Positions 31,321-42,390 of a stretch of DNA of 64,000 nt are shown here, piece after piece. Under the pieces are notes generated by a model that worked only from the letters and a program-made list of their open reading frames with translations, was not told the DNA's origin and did not search any database. The DNA is from Anaeromyxobacter sp. (GTDB lineage: Bacteria; Myxococcota; Myxococcia; Myxococcales; Anaeromyxobacteraceae). The stretch is taken from positions 193,109-257,108 of the forward strand of contig JASGJN010000002.1 of NCBI GenBank assembly GCA_049840735.1, in the 5' to 3' direction. A program made the translations under genes and the position numbers. Numbering within the stretch: position 1 is the first letter of the stretch; each line of letters starts with the position of its first letter.

Positions 31321-32260
31321 ATGATCGTCGTGACCGGCGGCACCGGACTGGTCGGCTCGAACCTCGTGAAGGCCCTGAACCAGGCCGGGCACGAGGACAT
31401 CCTGGTGGTGGACTCCGTCGGCGAGACCGAGAAGTGGCGGAACCTCGAGGGCACCCGGATCGCCGACCTGATCAACTACAAGTCGGGCGCGGCCGGGCTG
31501 GAGGCGGCCACCCGCGACCTGCCGATCCAGGTGGTCTTCCACATCGGCGCCAACGCCGACGTGCTGGTCAAGGACGCCGACCGGATGCTCGACGACAACC
31601 TCGAGCACTCCAAGGCCTGGTTCCGGCTCTGCCAGGGGCGCCAGGTCCCGCTCTACTACGCCTCCAGCTCCGCGGTGTACGGCAACGCGCCGGTGTGCCG
31701 CGTCGAGTCGGCCTGCGAGCGGCCGCACAACCCGTACGCCTTCTCCAAGTGGCTCTTCGACCGGTTCGTGCAGGACCAGGGGGCCCGCGGGCTGAAGGCG
31801 CCGGTGATCGGCTTCCGGCTCTTCAACGTCTTCGGGCCCGGCGAGGAGCACAAGGGCAAGAACGCCAGCCTCCCGCGGCGCTTCCTGGGCTTCCTGCGCG
31901 AGCGCGGCCGAGATCGACCTGTTCGAGGACGACATCCGGCGCGACTACGTGCCGGTCGAGGGCGTCTGCGCCGTCTTCCTCGACGCCTGGAAGTCCGGGC
32001 GCCCCTCGCAGATCGTGAACCTGGGCGCCGGCACGCCCCTCACCCACCGCGAGGTGGCCGAGCTGGCGGTGGAGGCGGCGCGCGCCGCCGGGATCCGCGT
32101 CGAGGGGCGCGGCATCACGCTCGTCCCCATGCCCGAGGAGCTGCGCGGCGCGTTCCAGTTCCGCACCTGCGCCGAGGACGTGCCGGAGTGGATCCGGTCG
32201 CGCGTGGCGGGCAACCGCGAGCGGATGCAGGCCTACCTGGCCTGGCTGACGAAGCGCTGA
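31321..32260 (+). CDS. HldD/RfaD-like NDP-heptose epimerase (apparent frameshift ~31909)
   Basis: MIVVTGGTGLVGSNLVKALN..G..DILVVD, FHIGA, YASSSAVYG, ERPHNPYAFSK, FNVFGPGEEHKG. Confidence 0.8.
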
Positions 32261-32309
32261 CGGGCGCGGGGCGTCCCGCGCCCGGGGGCGTTGCCCCCCG
32301 AATCGATCC

Positions 32310-32921
32310 TCACCCGTCGCGGCCGAAGAGCCGCTCGCGCGCCTCGCCCAGGCTCGACACCACCTCGGCGCCCGCGGGCGCCCGCGCGGCCTCGTCCTCG
32401 CCCGGCGCGGCCAGCAGCACCAGCCGGCCCACGCCGGCGGCCCGCCCGGCCACCAGGTCGGAGACCTTGTCCCCGACCAGCGCGCTCGCGGCCAGGTCCA
32501 GCCCGAGCTCGTCGCGGGCGGCGAGCAGCATCCCGGGCCCGGGCTTGCGCGAGGGGCAGTCGAGCCGGTACTCCCCCACCCCCGCCGCGGCGTGGTGCGG
32601 GCACCAGTAGACGGCCGCCAGCGGGGCGCCGCGGGCCGCCAGCTCGGCCATCATCCAGCGGCTCAGCCGCTCGAAGTCGCCCTCGCCGTAGTAGCCCCGG
32701 CCGATGCCGGCCTGGTTGGTGACCACCACGATGGGCCAGCCGCGCGCCGCCGCCGCCTGGCAGAGCGCGAAGACGCCGTCCACGAAGGTCACGTCCTCCG
32801 GCCGGGACACATAGCCGTGATCGACGTTGATGACGCCATCGCGGTCGAGCAGCAGCGCCGGGCGGCGCCCGGCCGGCCGCGGCGGGGCGCCGGGCGGGAG
32901 GATGGCGGGACGGCAGGCCAT
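32310..32921 (-). CDS. gmhB: D,D-heptose 1,7-bisphosphate phosphatase
   Basis: LDRDGVINVD, VVTNQAGIGRG, CPHH, RKPGPGML, VGDK.SD. Confidence 0.95.
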   Translation of the reverse strand: MACRPAILPPGAPPRPAGRRPALLLDRDGVINVDHGYVSRPEDVTFVDGVFALCQAAAARGWPIVVVTNQAGIGRGYYGEGDFERLSRWMMAELAARGAPLAAVYWCPHHAAAGVGEYRLDCPSRKPGPGMLLAARDELGLDLAASALVGDKVSDLVAGRAAGVGRLVLLAAPGEDEAARAPAGAEVVSSLGEARERLFGRDG

Positions 32922-32923
32922 GG

Positions 32924-33625
32924 TCAGGCGCGCGGCTCGGCGAGGAGATCCTGGGCAGCCCTGTAGTCGTCGGGCACGCCGATGTCGATGAAGCGCCCGG
33001 AGGCCACCCAGGCCAGCGGGGCCAGGGCGGCGAGCTGCGGCTGGAGCAGGTCCTTCTCGATCGAGAACGCGGCCGGGAGCCCCAGCCCCTCGAAGACGCC
33101 GGCCTCCAGCAGGTAGACGCCGGCGTTGATGAAGCCCGGCCCGGTGCCGCCCTTCTCGCGGAACCGGGTCACCCGCCCGCCCGCCAGGTCGAGCGCGCCG
33201 AAGCGGCCCACGTCCGGCACCTCGCGCACCGCCATGGAGACCCGGGCCCCGGCGGCGCGGTGCGCGGCCAGCATGGCCGGGTAGTCCAGGTCGAGCCAGG
33301 TGTCGCCGTTCAGCGCGAAGCAGGGGCCGGGGCCGGCCAGCGCCACGGCCTGCCGCACGGCCCCTCCCGTCCCGAGCGGCTCAATCTCCTCGGAGTACGC
33401 CACCGACAGCCCGCGGAAGCGGTCGCCGAAGTGGCCGCGCACCAGCTCGCGCCGCCAGCCCACGGCCAGCACCACCCGCTCGAAGCCCTGGCGGTCGAGG
33501 TCCGCCAGCACGTGCTCCAGGAAGGGCCGCCCCGCCACGGGGGCCAGCACCTTGGGGACCTCGCCGACCGCGGCGCGCAGCCGCGTGCCCAGGCCGCCCG
33601 CCAGCACCACCGCCTGCAGGCTCAT
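32924..33625 (-). CDS. hddC: Heptose-1-phosphate guanylyltransferase (HddC-like)
   Basis: LAGGLGTRL, PK.LAPV.GRPF, EPLGTGG, NGDT, FIDIGVPDDY; operon with hddA-gmhA-gmhB. Confidence 0.8.
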   Translation of the reverse strand: MSLQAVVLAGGLGTRLRAAVGEVPKVLAPVAGRPFLEHVLADLDRQGFERVVLAVGWRRELVRGHFGDRFRGLSVAYSEEIEPLGTGGAVRQAVALAGPGPCFALNGDTWLDLDYPAMLAAHRAAGARVSMAVREVPDVGRFGALDLAGGRVTRFREKGGTGPGFINAGVYLLEAGVFEGLGLPAAFSIEKDLLQPQLAALAPLAWVASGRFIDIGVPDDYRAAQDLLAEPRA

Positions 33626-34209
33626 GGGCGGAAGATCGCCTTCTCGATGAGGAGGCACACGATGTGCCCGACCGCGATGTGCCCCTCCTGGATCTTGGGC
33701 GTCTCGGTGGACGGGACGCGGACCAGCAGGTCGCAGAGCGGGGCCATGACGTCGGCGCCCGGCCCGGCGCCGGTGAAGCCCACGGTCTTGATCCCCTTGC
33801 TCCGGGCCTCGCGCAGCGCCGCCAGGATGTTGGGCGACTTGCCGGAGGTGGAGATGCCGATGAAGACGTCCCCGGCCGCGCCCACCGCCTGCACCTGCCT
33901 GGAGAAGGCCTTCTCGTAGCCGTAGTCGTTGCCGATGGCGGTCAGCACCGAGGTGTCGGTGGTGAGCGCGAAGGCGGCCAGGCCCGGGCGGTCGAAGGCG
34001 AAGCGGCTCACCAGCTCGCCGGCCAGGTGCTGCGCGTCCGCCGCGGAGCCGCCGTTGCCGGCGAAGAGGATCTTGTGGCCGGCGCGGAGCGAGTCCACGC
34101 AGGCCTGCGCAATCTGCTCGACCGTCTGCACCAGGGCCTGGTCCTGCACCATGCCCTGGAGCACCTCGACGCCCCTGACCAGCTGCCTGCGAATCTCCTC
34201 GGCGCTCAT
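33622..34209 (-). CDS. gmhA: Sedoheptulose-7-phosphate isomerase
   Basis: [36 protein letters not shown]. Confidence 0.96.
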   Translation of the reverse strand: MSAEEIRRQLVRGVEVLQGMVQDQALVQTVEQIAQACVDSLRAGHKILFAGNGGSAADAQHLAGELVSRFAFDRPGLAAFALTTDTSVLTAIGNDYGYEKAFSRQVQAVGAAGDVFIGISTSGKSPNILAALREARSKGIKTVGFTGAGPGADVMAPLCDLLVRVPSTETPKIQEGHIAVGHIVCLLIEKAIFRP

Positions 34210-35240
34210 CGGATCCTCCAGCCCTGCGTCCCGTACTTCGTGAAGTGGCAGTTCATGACCTCGCCGCCGCACTCCCGCAGCACCCGCACCACGTCCATGC
34301 GGCGCGGGGGATCGACGACCAGCATCATGAAGCCGCCGCCGCCGGCGCCCGAGATCTTGGCGGCCTTGGCCCCGCCCGCCAGCGCCTTCTCGTAGGTGGC
34401 GTCGATGGAGGCGTTGGTGATGGAGCTGGCGGTCCGCTTCTTCGACTCCCAGGAGGTGCGCAGCGCCCGCGCGTACAGGTCGAAGTCGCCCTTGAGCAGC
34501 GCCTCCTTGGTGAGCGCCGCCTCCCGCTTGAGGTCGTGCATGGCCTCGATGGCCCGCGCGTCCTTCTTCTCCACGTTGGTCCGCTGCTCGTCGACGATGC
34601 GCGCCGACTCGCGCGAGACCCCGGTGTAGTAGAGGAGCATCGACGCCTCGAGCTCCGAGAGGATCCAGTTCTTGATCCGCAGCGGGTTCACGATCACACG
34701 GTCGTGGTCGTAGAACTCCATGAAGTTGAACCCGCCGAAGGTGGCCGCGTACTGGTCCTGCTTGCCGCCCGAGAGCGCCATGTCCACGCGCTCGACCTGG
34801 TACGCCAGCGAGGCGACCTCGTACTCGCCCAGCGGGAGCTGCAGGAGCTCGACGAAGGCCTTGATCATCGCCACCACCAGCGTGGACGAGGACCCCAGGC
34901 CGGACCCCGCCGGCGCGTCGGAGAAGGTGGTGAGCCGGAGGCGCAGCGGGCTGCCGCCGTTGTAGTCGCGCACGATCCGGTTGTAGACGGCCCGGTGCAG
35001 CGCCAGCGGGCCGGGCCCCTCGATCACCAGCTGCGGCTCGGCCGCGCCCTCCCAGCGCTTCTGCTGGTCGCTGGCGACGATCTCGAGCCGGTCCTCCTCG
35101 AGCGTCTCGATCATCGCGTACGCGTACTTGTCGATCGTGGCGTTCAGGACCGCGCCGCCGAACTGATCGCAGTACGGCGACACGTCGGTGCCGCCGCCGG
35201 CCAGGCCCAGTCGAAGCGGAGCGCGCGCTCGGATGATCAA
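34206..35240 (-). CDS. hddA: D-glycero-alpha-D-manno-heptose-7-phosphate kinase (GHMP)
   Basis: TTG start after [49 protein letters not shown]. Confidence 0.92.
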   Translation of the reverse strand: MIIRARAPLRLGLAGGGTDVSPYCDQFGGAVLNATIDKYAYAMIETLEEDRLEIVASDQQKRWEGAAEPQLVIEGPGPLALHRAVYNRIVRDYNGGSPLRLRLTTFSDAPAGSGLGSSSTLVVAMIKAFVELLQLPLGEYEVASLAYQVERVDMALSGGKQDQYAATFGGFNFMEFYDHDRVIVNPLRIKNWILSELEASMLLYYTGVSRESARIVDEQRTNVEKKDARAIEAMHDLKREAALTKEALLKGDFDLYARALRTSWESKKRTASSITNASIDATYEKALAGGAKAAKISGAGGGGFMMLVVDPPRRMDVVRVLRECGGEVMNCHFTKYGTQGWRIR

Positions 35241-35413
35241 GTGATGCCTCCGTTGCTCGGTTGTCCCGGCGCACGCCGGGAGAAGGTGGAGGCTAATCGG
35301 GCCGCCGCCACCTTCACAGTCCCACATCGTGGGCGCATGAGCGCTGCGGGTCCCGTGAACTCGGTTCGCGGAGAGGGTGCGGCGTCACGGCCCCGTCACG
35401 GCGGCGGCGTGCG

Positions 35414-36412
35414 TCAATGGGCAGCGCGCGCCGGGGTGCGCTCGGGCGGGGCCGGCGGCGCCCAGGCCGAGGCCTGCCGCGCGTTCAGGGCGGCGGTGGC
35501 CCTGCGCTTGCCGCGCAGGAGCACGGCCCACTGGTAGCGCCGCAGGAACCGCCTGAACTCCGCGTCGCCGTAGCGCGGCGCGCGCTTGAGCATGCTCTTG
35601 AAGTAGCCGTGGAGCATGGCCAGGCCGCCCACCACCAGCGGCGGCCGCGTCATGCGGAACACCGCCGTCGCCAGCATGTAGATCGGGGTCGTCCCCATGA
35701 AGTACTGACCGAAGCCGTGCCGTACCCGGCCGGTCCACCAGTTCTTGTGGCTCGTGCCCATGGGGCGGAGGTGCACGAACCGGAGGGCCGGATCGTCCCA
35801 GGAGGTCGCGATCCAGCCCGCCTGCCGGCAGCGGTGGCCGTCGATCCCGTCCCACATCAGCTCGCGGACGAAGCCGCCAATCTGCTGGAAGCAGCTGGTC
35901 CGGTAGAACTTGGTCATGCCGACCGAGTTCTCGTCCCCGCACTTCTCCGAGATGAGCGCGGAGGTGTCCGCCAGCGGGTAGCGGACGGGGGGATTCCCGG
36001 CCGAGGGCGGGAAGAAGTACGGCTTGCCGGAGCAGCAGCCCAGGCGCGGCTCGGCCTCCATCCGGTCCATCAGGCCGGCGAAGTAGCCGGGCGGGATGTC
36101 CAAATCGAGGTCGAACTTGCAGACGTAGCTGTACGCCCAGGGATCGACCGTGTCGTACCCGGCGTAGAAGGCGTCGATCACGCCGCCGCCCAGCTTGCGG
36201 TCGCCGCAATCCGTCCGGCGCACGATCCGGATGTACGGGAACCGCGCGGCGTACTCGGCCAGGATGGCGGGCGTCTCGTCGCTGGAGCCGTCGTCCACGA
36301 TCACCCAGACGGTGGGCGGCTCGGTCTGGCCGGTGACGGCGTCGAGGACGCGGCGGGCGTAGCGGGCCTCGTCGCGGCAGGGGGTGACCAGGCAGTAGGT
36401 GCGCGGGATCAT
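35414..36412 (-). CDS. Glycosyltransferase family 2
   Basis: VTPCRDE, WVIVDDGSSD, KFDLD, WDGID, HLRPMG. Confidence 0.9.
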   Translation of the reverse strand: MIPRTYCLVTPCRDEARYARRVLDAVTGQTEPPTVWVIVDDGSSDETPAILAEYAARFPYIRIVRRTDCGDRKLGGGVIDAFYAGYDTVDPWAYSYVCKFDLDLDIPPGYFAGLMDRMEAEPRLGCCSGKPYFFPPSAGNPPVRYPLADTSALISEKCGDENSVGMTKFYRTSCFQQIGGFVRELMWDGIDGHRCRQAGWIATSWDDPALRFVHLRPMGTSHKNWWTGRVRHGFGQYFMGTTPIYMLATAVFRMTRPPLVVGGLAMLHGYFKSMLKRAPRYGDAEFRRFLRRYQWAVLLRGKRRATAALNARQASAWAPPAPPERTPARAAH

Positions 36413-38341
36413 CGGACGACTCCGTGGCGCTGGCACCAGCGCATCAGCACGTAGATGGCCCACAGCCGGGACCAGTGGATCCCGGGGGCGTTCTCCTGGA
36501 AGGCCGACCAGAGCGCGGCCACGGCCGAGGGCTCGAGCCCCACCGCCCGCGCCGCCGCCGGATCGCGCAGCGTCTCCTCGAATCCGCCGGCCCAGGCTGG
36601 CCCGAAGCCAGCGGTCGAACGGGAGGACGAAGCCGCTCTTGGGCCGGTCGAACAGCGCCGGCGGCAGCCCCTTGAGCCCGGTCTGGCGGAGGAGCGCCTT
36701 GCGCCCCACCGGCTGGAAGCGGAGGTCGTCCGGGAGGCCGTTGACGTACTCGAACACCGCCTGGTCCACCAGCGGGAGCCGCTGCTCGATGGAGGGGGCC
36801 ATGCTGGCGGCGTCGTTGTCGCGCAGGAGCCGCTCGCCCAGGAAGAGCCGCTGCTCCAGGACGCCGATGGCCGCCAGCGGCGACCGCCCCCGCGTCTCCT
36901 CGACCAGCTGCGCCCGCATCTCGGCCGGGAGCCCGTCCGGCAGCGGCCCGTCGGCCAGCAGCCGCTCCTGGAACCCCGGGAGCAGGAGCGCGTAGGCGAG
37001 CTGGTAGAGCGCGAGCAGGTCGTCCCCGCGCCGGAGCATGTCCGGGAGCTTGGCCCAGCGGGTCTGGGGGGAGACGGCGTGGCGCGACCGGACCTTGGCG
37101 GCCACCAGCGCGCGCGAGGCCGCGGCCAGCACGCTCCGCGGGACCGGGCGCAGCCGGTCCACCCAGCGCCGCAGCACCGGCAGGTCGCGGAAGGAGGTGT
37201 AGCCGCCGAACAGCTCGTCGCCCCCGGAGCCGACCAGCGCCACCACGAAGCCGGCCTGCCGGATGGCGCGCGACATGAAGTAGGAGTTGAGGCCGTCGAA
37301 GGTGGGCTGGTCGAGGCTGTCGAGGGCCGCCTCGAGCCCGCCCACGAAGTCACCCTCGGTGAGGACCACCTCGCGGTGCTCCGTCCCGATGGCCTGCGCG
37401 ATGGCGCGGGCATGGTGGCCCTCGTTGAAGGCCTCCTCCTCGAACGCGAGCGTGAAGGTGTGGACCGGGGTGGTCGAGGACCGCTGCGCCAGGTTGGCGA
37501 TGGCGGACGAGTCCACGCCGCCGGAGAGGAACACCGCCAGCGGCACGTCGGAGTGGAGGTGCAGGCGGACGCTCTCCTCCAGCACCTCCGAGAGCCCGGC
37601 CACGTCGCCGCGCCCGGGCACCGGCTGGGCGGGGACGGCCCAGAAGCGGCGCGACCGGCGCTCCCGGCCGGCGCGGTCGAGGACGGTCAGCGCGCCCGGC
37701 CAGAGCTGCTGGATCCCCTCCACCGCCGTGCCCGGGCCGACCACGAAGCCGTTCCAGATCACCGAGGCGGCCGCCTGCGGGTCGAGGCGCGGCGTGCCCA
37801 GCAGGCCGGAGGCCAGCAGCGCCCGGACCTCGGACGCGAAGGCGAAGGTCCACTCGCCCCGCGGGTCCGGGTTGCGCGCCCAGTAGAGCGGCTTGATGCC
37901 CAGCGGATCGCGCGCCAGCAGGAGCTCCTGCCGCTCCGCAGACCAGAACGCGAAGGCGAACATGCCGCGCAGCCAGGGCAGCGCCTCGGCCCCGTGCAGG
38001 CCGAGCGCGCGGAGCAGCACCGCGGTGTCGCCCGTGGAGCGCAGGTCGTGGGCGTCGGCGCCGAGCCGATCGCGCAGCGCCGCGTAGTTGTAGATCTCGC
38101 CGTTGAACACCACCACGTTGCCGGTGGCGGGGTCCACCATGGGCTGCGCGCCCGCGGGGGAGAGATCCAGGATGGCCAGGCGGCGGTGGGCCAGCAGCAC
38201 GCCCCGCCCCTCGGCGTCGGGCGCCGACTCCCAGACCCCCTCGGCGTCCGGGCCGCGGTGGCCCATGGCCGCGTTCATCCGCTGGAGCGCTGCGCGCTGG
38301 GGGGCGTCGAGCCGCCCCACGATACCGGCGATGCCGCACAT
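36409..38341 (-). CDS. asnB: Asparagine synthase-like glutamine amidotransferase, paralog 1 (apparent frameshift ~36582)
   Basis: MCGIAG, HRGPD, HRRLAILD, FNGEIYNY, LSGGVDSS, GSGGDELFGGY, RPKSGF. Confidence 0.92.
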
Positions 38342-38568
38342 CCTCAGCGCTCCCGTTCCGGTCCGCGCCGGCCCGCCCACTGATGCTGATCCATGTGCTC
38401 CGAGTATTAGCGACTCCCTCCCGAAAGTCATGGTGGCAAACAGGAGCGTTCCGTCGCGCCCCCGCACCGCGCCCGGGCGTCGCGGAAGCGTGGGACAGCC
38501 CTCCGGCGATGTCGCACGCCCGCGCGGGCGCGTTGACACCACGGCGGAGCCCTGCCAGAAAAACCGGC

Positions 38569-39834
38569 GTGCCGAGCGTCCCCGAGCGTCTTCGCGTCCT
38601 CTTCGTCTCTCCCTTTCCCCCGGTCCCCGCCACCTTCGGCGCGCAGCGCCGGGTCCAGGGGCTCCTCACCTCGCTGAGCCATCACCACGACGTGACGGCC
38701 GTCACCATGCTGCCCTCCTTCGTGGAGCGCGAGGCGGCCGAGCGCGGGCTGCGCGGAATCTGCCCTGACTCGGTGATCATCCCCTCCCCGCCCGTGGCCG
38801 GCCTGGGCAAGCGGGTGCGCCAGCTCCGGTCGCTCTTCTCGCTGGACAGCTACGAGCGGCTCCACCACGACATGCCCGAGCTGCGGCGCACCGTGCACCG
38901 CCTCCTCACCACCCGCCGCTACGACATCGTCAACGTCGAGTTCCCCTTCTTCGGGCGCTACGACTTCCGGCAGGCGCCGCCGGGCGAACGCCCACCCAAG
39001 GTGGTGCTCGACGAGCACAACGTGGAGTTCGACCTCGTCCGCCAGATGGCGGGCCTGCACCGCGGCCTGGGCCGGCACCTGCACAACAGCATCAACTGGC
39101 GCAAGCTGCAGCGGGAGGAGATCCACGCCTGGCGGACCTCCGACGGCGTGATGTTCACCTCCGCACCCGACGAGGCGCGCGCCCGGGCGCTCGCCCCGGG
39201 CATCCAGGCCCGCGTGGTGCCCAACGCGGCCGACATCACCTACTTCCACCGGCAGCCGGGCCACCCCGAGCCCGACGGCCAGACCCTCCTGTTCTTCGGC
39301 ACGTTCGGCTACTTCCCGAACCACGACGGCGTCCTCTACTTCCTGCGCGAGATCTGGCCGAAGCTGGCCGCCACCCACCCCAGGGCGCGGCTCAAGCTGA
39401 TCGGCTCCGGCGCGCCGCCGGAGGTGAAGGCGTTCGAGGGGCCGCGCGTGGAGCTCCCCGGCCTGGTGGACGACGTCCGTCCGCACCTGGCCGGGGCCGC
39501 CGCGATCATCGTGCCGCTGCGCATCGGCGGCGGGACGCGGCTCGAGATCCTCGAGGCCATGGCCATGGGGAAGCCCATCGTCACCACGCGGCTCGGCGCG
39601 GAAGGGATCGACGCCGTGGACGGGCGCGACATGCTCTTCGCCGACGATCCGGCGGCGTTCGCGGCCGCGGCGGGGCGCGTGCTGGACGACCCCGGGCTGG
39701 CCGCGCGGCTGGGGGCCTCGGCGCGCGCGCTGTCGGAGCAGCGCTACTCCTGGGACGCGGCGGGCCGCGTCGTGCACGCGTTCTACAACGAGCTCCTCGA
39801 GGCGCCGCCCGCGGCGCGCGCCGCCGGCCGCTGA
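38569..39834 (+). CDS. Glycosyltransferase family 4 (start uncertain)
   Basis: DEHNVE, PN.DG, VPLRIGGGTRL.ILEAMAMGKPIVTT..GAEG. Confidence 0.9.
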   Translation: MPSVPERLRVLFVSPFPPVPATFGAQRRVQGLLTSLSHHHDVTAVTMLPSFVEREAAERGLRGICPDSVIIPSPPVAGLGKRVRQLRSLFSLDSYERLHHDMPELRRTVHRLLTTRRYDIVNVEFPFFGRYDFRQAPPGERPPKVVLDEHNVEFDLVRQMAGLHRGLGRHLHNSINWRKLQREEIHAWRTSDGVMFTSAPDEARARALAPGIQARVVPNAADITYFHRQPGHPEPDGQTLLFFGTFGYFPNHDGVLYFLREIWPKLAATHPRARLKLIGSGAPPEVKAFEGPRVELPGLVDDVRPHLAGAAAIIVPLRIGGGTRLEILEAMAMGKPIVTTRLGAEGIDAVDGRDMLFADDPAAFAAAAGRVLDDPGLAARLGASARALSEQRYSWDAAGRVVHAFYNELLEAPPAARAAGR

Positions 39835-39966
39835 CCCTGCGCGCCACCGTCGGGCGTTCCGTGGACACGCCGGCGGTCGAGCTGGTGCGGCGAGCCGGGG
39901 TCACCCATCGCCGGGGTGCCCCCGGCCCGCTGCTCCTGTAAAATTCCCGCTCCTCCCGAGGTGAGC

Positions 39967-40672
39967 ATGGAAACATCCCAGGCCGTCCCGGCGCAGGCCG
40001 AGGCCACAGTCCGCGCGCCCGAGCAGGCCCCCCGCTGCTGGAGCCTTCACCACGACGCGGCCAAGGTGTACTTCCACCGCTGCGGCACGTCCCGCCCCGC
40101 GCTGCACAAGCGGCTGAAGGCGTGGATCTGGGACACCGAGCTGGTGGTGGCCGCCGTCTACCGCTACGGCCAGCTCTGCATGCACCTGCGGGAGAGGAGC
40201 CCGCTCTTGGGCCTCCTCCCCTTCGCGCTCTGGGCGGTGCTGCAGTTCCTGGTCCGGCTGGTGCTGCACGTGGAGATCCACCAGCGCTGCCGGATCGGGC
40301 CCGGCGTGCACCTCGGCCACCCCTACACCATCATGATCGGCGCCACGACCATCGGCGCCAACTGCAGCTTCACCCACAACGTGACCATCGGCATGGGGCT
40401 GGGCGCGAACGGCCCCGGCATCCCGGTGCTCGGCAACGACGTCTGGGTGGGGCCCTGCTCGATCCTCACCGGCCCCATCACCATCGGCGACGGCGCCGTG
40501 ATCGCCGCCGGCTCGGTGGTGTCCAAGGACGTGCCGGCGCACGCGCTGGTGGTTGGGAACCCGGCGCGCGTGGTGGCGGCCAACTACGACAGCGCGCGCC
40601 ATCATCGGCTACCGGCTCACCTCGGACGAGCTGACCCGGCCGCCCAACCCGGGCGTGCACGGCGGCGGGTAG
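39967..40672 (+). CDS. Serine O-acetyltransferase-like hexapeptide acetyltransferase (ExoN-like); probable C-terminal frameshift ~40598
   Basis: IGPGVHLGH, IGANC...HNVTIG, GDGAVIAAGSVVSKDVP..VVGNPAR. Confidence 0.88.
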
Positions 40673-40793
40673 CCGCGGCCTCCCTGGAGACGGCACGGGC
40701 GGCGCCGCCGGAGCGGTGCCGCCCGTCTGTCTTCGCGCTGGCCGGCCCCGCGACCCGTGACACCGCCAGTGATCACGGATCACGAACTGCCGT

Positions 40794-42390
40794 CTAGCGC
40801 AGGTACGTGTCGTACCGGGCGCGCGCCGGGAGCACCGCCGTCTTGGTGGTCCCGTCCGGCGTCACCCACGGCCAGGCGTTCGCGCCGAAGAAGGCCGGCT
40901 TGGCGGACAGGTAGAGCGAGGCCGGGAGCGCGAGCGCGGCGGTCCCGTACTGGTCCTGGCGGCTGCGGACGTCGTCCAGTTCGCGTGCCGGATCATGGTC
41001 GAGGCCACGGCGGCGTCGGTGACCGAGCTGCGGTTCCCGGCGCTGTAGCCCAGCTCCCACATGTTCCGCTCGCCGTAGGGCGCGGCGATGTCCTCGTAGC
41101 TCCACCCGCTCATGCCCGACCACCCGAGCACGTTCCCGATGAAGTTGTACCAGTGGTGACCCTGCATCACCTTGACGGCCTGGACGTCGGCGGTGTCGTT
41201 GAAGTCCCGGTTCACGCCCAGCAGGTTGTTGCGGAAGAAGGTGATGTGCGAGGCGCTGCCCCAGGCGTCGTCCGAGCCGGCGTTGAAGGCCATGTTGCCC
41301 TCGAACAGCTCCATGTGCGCGCCGGCCATGTGGGCGGCGTTGATGCCCACCTCCTGCCAGCCCGGCACGTTGTCGATGTAGCCGTCGTCCATGTAGTTGT
41401 AGGCGATGACGTTGCCGCCGCCGGTGGCGCGCATGACCATCACCTTGTTGAAGCGCAGGACGACGTTGTTCTCCACCAGGTTGTCCGAGGCGCCGTAGTT
41501 GAGCCCCAGGCCGTAGCCGCCGCCGCCGGGGCGGGGCGACGGGGTCTCGTGGATGTACGAGTCGCGGACCTCGCAGCGGAACGCGCCGTCCAGGTTCACG
41601 CTGGTGCCCTGGCTCCAGTAGCTCTCCACGTTCTTCACCCACGAGTACTTGGCGTGCCAGACGTGCACGTTGCCCTCGGAGTCCCCGCCCTGCCCGTTGG
41701 ACACGTAGACGTCCTCCAGCCCGTGCCCGGTGGTGGCGGCGTTCTGGTACTTCACCAGCTGCGCCGTGTACGCCGTGTAGAAGTCGTAGTGGAGCGGAGA
41801 GGTGAAGGTGACGGTGTTGCCGCTGACCGAGGCCACCTCCAGGATCTGGTTCGTGAACCGGCCCTGGCGGTTGAACCAGCCCTGGGCCTGCGGGTAGTCG
41901 CCGCCGCCCGGCGACATGCGGGCGGAGAGCCAGATGCGGGAGTCGGGCAGCTGGTCGATCATCACCAGCTCACCCACCGTGAAGCCGGGGTTGGAGGCCA
42001 GCGTCACCGAGGTGGCGCCCTTGACGCCGTTCGAGGCCAGGTTGGTGGCGGTCCCGAACTTGTCCGAGGTCCAGCGGTTGCCCAGCACCACCACCGCCGC
42101 GTTGGTGTTCGGGTTCTTGATCAGCTTCGCGGTCGGGCGCCCGCTCGCGTCCACCGCGCCGCGCAGCGTCACGTTGGACCGGTTGAGCACGATGCCCTGG
42201 CCGGAGATGGTGTACGTGCCCGCGTTCAGCTTCACCACCTGGTTCGCCGCGCAGGCCTGGATGGCCGAGTTGATGGCCGCGGTGTCGTCGGCGCCGCTGG
42301 GCGAGAGGGTCCGGCAGATGGTGGTCCGCGCCGGGATCCCGCCCTGGCTCATGAGCCCGGGGTTCCAGGTGGTCCGGCGGGCAGCGGGCA
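40794..42390 (-). repeat. ~1.6 kb repeat, copy C
   Basis: More diverged in the 3' half, with identical tracts in the 5' half. Confidence 0.88.

Noticed and set aside
35414..38542. Apparent AsnB-GT2 fusion (1042 aa)
   Set aside because: Caused by the GAATC insertion at 36580; the true AsnB C-terminus is in another frame and ends at 36409, overlapping the GT2 ATG.
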